This document shows, one piece after another, positions 62,080-64,000 of a DNA stretch of 64,000 nucleotides. The notes under the pieces are model-generated. The model did no database searches, was not told the DNA's origin, and saw nothing but the letters and a program-made list of their open reading frames with translations. The position numbers and the translations under genes are program-made. The stretch comes from Candidatus Poriferihabitaceae bacterium (GTDB lineage Bacteria; Pseudomonadota; Gammaproteobacteria; Arenicellales; Poriferihabitantaceae), in assembly GCA_965249035.1 (NCBI GenBank), contig CBDFKV010000007.1, positions 1,408,313 through 1,472,312 on the forward strand, in the 5' to 3' direction. Each line of letters begins with the position of its first letter. Position 1 is the first letter of the stretch.

Positions 62080-62096
62080 GTGTTTGCGACTGTCTT
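62079..62096. repeat. Left copy of the target-site duplication (16-18 bp)
   Basis: AGTGTTTGCGACTGTCTT, identical to 63483-63500. The base on the IS-proximal side of each copy could belong to the TGT/ACA terminus, so the duplication is 16-18 bp. Confidence 0.85.
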
Positions 62097-63483
62097 GTTA
62101 AGAGTAAATAGAACTGTCCGGATAATTAATTCATAGATTGTCCACTTTTGTTAACGCCGATGAAAGAGCGAAGGACGTAGTCCGAAGCGAATTCATCGGC
62201 GGCAAAACCACGAAGCGGAGTTACGCGGCTTTGCTGTTGCATGTTGTCTCCCGGATCAAATCTCCCTCTGCAGTATATCGGCCCAATCGACGGGGGCCAT
62301 GGTAAATGGAGATCACACCGTCGAGGTGTCGGAGTACTTTCACCCTAGCCTTAACATAGTGGTAGCGATGCCGGTCTTGTGGAATCTGAAGGTGTAAGCG
62401 TTCGAACTGCACGCTGTTGTCTTTACCCACCACGCGCTCGTAGCGCTCGCATAAATAGTCGTCCAGATCTATCCCGGCCAATGCCACAAAAGCATTACCT
62501 AACTCGCGCGCAAGGTGACTGAACTCAGCATTGAAGGCCGGCATATAATGCTTCTGCAAGTATTCATTGGCGGCATCCATATCGGTAATGCCCTTAAGGG
62601 CTAGCTCATTGGGTAATCGCCCCTGATGGGTGCCGAAGGCGCGTTCTGAGCGGCCTCTGGCTTCGGGTGAGTAAGCTGCAATCATCTCAATGCCCAAGCG
62701 CTTGAGCGCCACACCAAACTGTGTTGGATTACGCTTATCGACCTTGCCACCTGCCTCGGGGGTATGCCAGTAATGACTGCCCCTGTCTGAGTAAAATGAA
62801 CAAAATAGGCCTTTAGCTTCAAGCACATCTTTGACCCCTAACAAGCTGCTGTGGGTGCCTTCTTCATCGACAAAGCGCATCGAGTAATGCTCATTGGTGG
62901 CGTCATCCATGGTCACAATCAAATCCCAATATTTACCTTCAACCCACTGATGCGTGCTGCCATCTTGGTGGATCATCATTCCAGGCAGGGCACTGGCGAG
63001 TCGTTTGATTCGATGGGGGCCACGGGTCTTGGCCTTACGCACCAGACCTGCGTGTTGCAGCGTGTTCTTAACCCAGCTATAGCTGCGTGAGCCATCGTGT
63101 TCGTGCTGATACCAGCGATGAAAATGGCGCACATTCCAGCCCTCATATCGGCTTGAATACAGGTCTTGCAGTGCGATCACTTCATCTACGGGGGCAAGAC
63201 GGTGCGAAGGTTCGTTTAACCGCCGATCCAACAAACCCTCCATGCCCGATTCATCATAGCGCTGCATATAGCGCCGGAAACTGCGGTCACACACACCCAA
63301 CAGAGTGGCTGCTTCGCTTTGGGTGAGTCGTTTGCACTGATAGCCTTCATAAGCTTCTTTAAATCTCATCTGTTTCACCTGTTCATGAAATCCTGTCCGG
63401 TTCATCTGAAGCCTCAAATAGGCATAGATTAAATCCGGACAGGTTATGAATTAATTCGCAGGACAGACAATTTACTCGTAACA
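62096..63483 (-). mobile_element. Insertion sequence, ISNCY family (IS1202-group-like), ~1.39 kb, apparently intact
   Basis: Imperfect terminal inverted repeats of about 38 bp. The left end is TGTTAAGAGTAAATAGAACTGTCCGGATAATTAATTCAT. The reverse complement of the right end is TGTTACGAGTAAATTGTCTGTCCTGCGAATTAATTCAT. There is a single DDE transposase ORF, and the element is flanked by the directly repeated 18-mer AGTGTTTGCGACTGTCTT. Confidence 0.85.
62221..63405 (-). CDS. ISNCY-family DDE transposase (HTH plus integrase-core/rve-like domain)
   Basis: N-terminal HTH (RLTQSEAATLLGVCDRSFRRYMQRYDESGMEGLLDRR), then a DDE-type core (...IHQDGSTH..., ...FYSDRGSHY..., ...SPEARGRSER...). The first ATG is at 63405. 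Alternatives are TTG at 63417 and ATG at 63369. Confidence 0.85.
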   Translation of the reverse strand: MNRTGFHEQVKQMRFKEAYEGYQCKRLTQSEAATLLGVCDRSFRRYMQRYDESGMEGLLDRRLNEPSHRLAPVDEVIALQDLYSSRYEGWNVRHFHRWYQHEHDGSRSYSWVKNTLQHAGLVRKAKTRGPHRIKRLASALPGMMIHQDGSTHQWVEGKYWDLIVTMDDATNEHYSMRFVDEEGTHSSLLGVKDVLEAKGLFCSFYSDRGSHYWHTPEAGGKVDKRNPTQFGVALKRLGIEMIAAYSPEARGRSERAFGTHQGRLPNELALKGITDMDAANEYLQKHYMPAFNAEFSHLARELGNAFVALAGIDLDDYLCERYERVVGKDNSVQFERLHLQIPQDRHRYHYVKARVKVLRHLDGVISIYHGPRRLGRYTAEGDLIRETTCNSKAA

Positions 63484-63500
63484 GTGTTTGCGACTGTCTT
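63483..63500. repeat. Right copy of the target-site duplication (16-18 bp)
   Basis: AGTGTTTGCGACTGTCTT, identical to 62079-62096. Confidence 0.85.
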
Positions 63501-63563
63501 TATTTGTTGGCTTGATCACCATAATGGCCCCTCAAAATCACTCGATTGAGTCATAGGGCTATG

Positions 63564-64000
63564 CTAGCGAATGCGCGGTATCTTAAGCGACACCGTATAA
63601 AACTGCTGAGTCTGGACGATACTGATCGAACCGCGCGCCCCATAGGTCAACGCGATTCGGTCACGTAAATTTCTTTGTGCAATTTGATTGCCTTTGCGCA
63701 CTATATGCGCGCCCTCAGGCAGTGGATTAACAATGGATATGAACATAAACTCTTCGCTTAAACGTGACTTAAACGCAATGGTCCCGCCATTCAGCCGGGT
63801 TTCTATACCATGATAAATCGCATTTTCTATCAGCGGCTGTAAGGTCAATATTGGCAATTCCGCGTTGGTATCAATACCACGCAAATCCCACATCATGGTA
63901 AAACGGTTTCCCAGACGCATCTTTTCCAAAGAAACATATTTTTTAGCCATTTCCAGCTCAGCAGTAATCGGTACCACCCTGCGCTTATCCGTCATAATGA
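63564..64000 (-). CDS. LytS/AlgZ(FimS)-type sensor histidine kinase, C-terminal part (the 5' end lies beyond the window)
   Basis: His_kinase/HATPase_c_5-like sequence (ELEMAKKYVSLEKMRLGNRF...LTLQPLIENAIYHGIE...GGTIAF...). The reading frame stays open to the window edge. Confidence 0.8.
   Translation of the reverse strand, partial: IMTDKRRVVPITAELEMAKKYVSLEKMRLGNRFTMMWDLRGIDTNAELPILTLQPLIENAIYHGIETRLNGGTIAFKSRLSEEFMFISIVNPLPEGAHIVRKGNQIAQRNLRDRIALTYGARGSISIVQTQQFYTVSLKIPRIR

Overview
This window is almost entirely core gammaproteobacterial housekeeping DNA at roughly 50% GC by eye. Gene order resembles Pseudomonas, Oceanospirillales and Cellvibrionales; that comparison is inference from synteny only. 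Positions 1-17.4 kb (minus strand) hold the classic translation/transcription super-cluster: a tRNA-Thr/Tyr/Gly/Thr promoter block, tufB, tRNA-Trp, secE, nusG, rplKAJL, rpoBC, rpsLG and fusA. Next come a SPOR protein, coaX and birA, an IspG-like gene convergent with a flavin-reductase fusion, and redox genes. These are followed by hemCDXY, argS, trxA divergent from rhlB, a Na/Pi transporter, an SPFH/NfeD pair and Nudix-tsaD. The remainder carries aat-bpt, deaD, infA, rpmBG, a pcm-like gene with tolC, fpr, lon, zapBA, dksA, tyrS, an M23 peptidase with anmK, a PPTase, rhodanese and yqeY-rpsU. The only clearly accessory DNA is one ISNCY/IS1202-group insertion sequence (about 62.1-63.5 kb) with a 16-18 bp target duplication, sitting directly upstream of the rpsU promoter. 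A partial LytS/AlgZ-type histidine kinase lies at the window edge. I found no CRISPR array, prophage, defence island or convincing new multi-gene system. The best second-look candidates are modest: the divergent IspG-like enzyme abutting a flavin-reductase/unknown-domain fusion, the unexplained 227-nt zapA-lon spacer (6S RNA versus a sigma32-like promoter), the IS and its synteny breaks around rpsU, and several lineage-specific extensions or insertions in housekeeping proteins (NusG, RhlB, HemX). All comparisons to E. coli and Pseudomonas proteins are from memory, with no database search.
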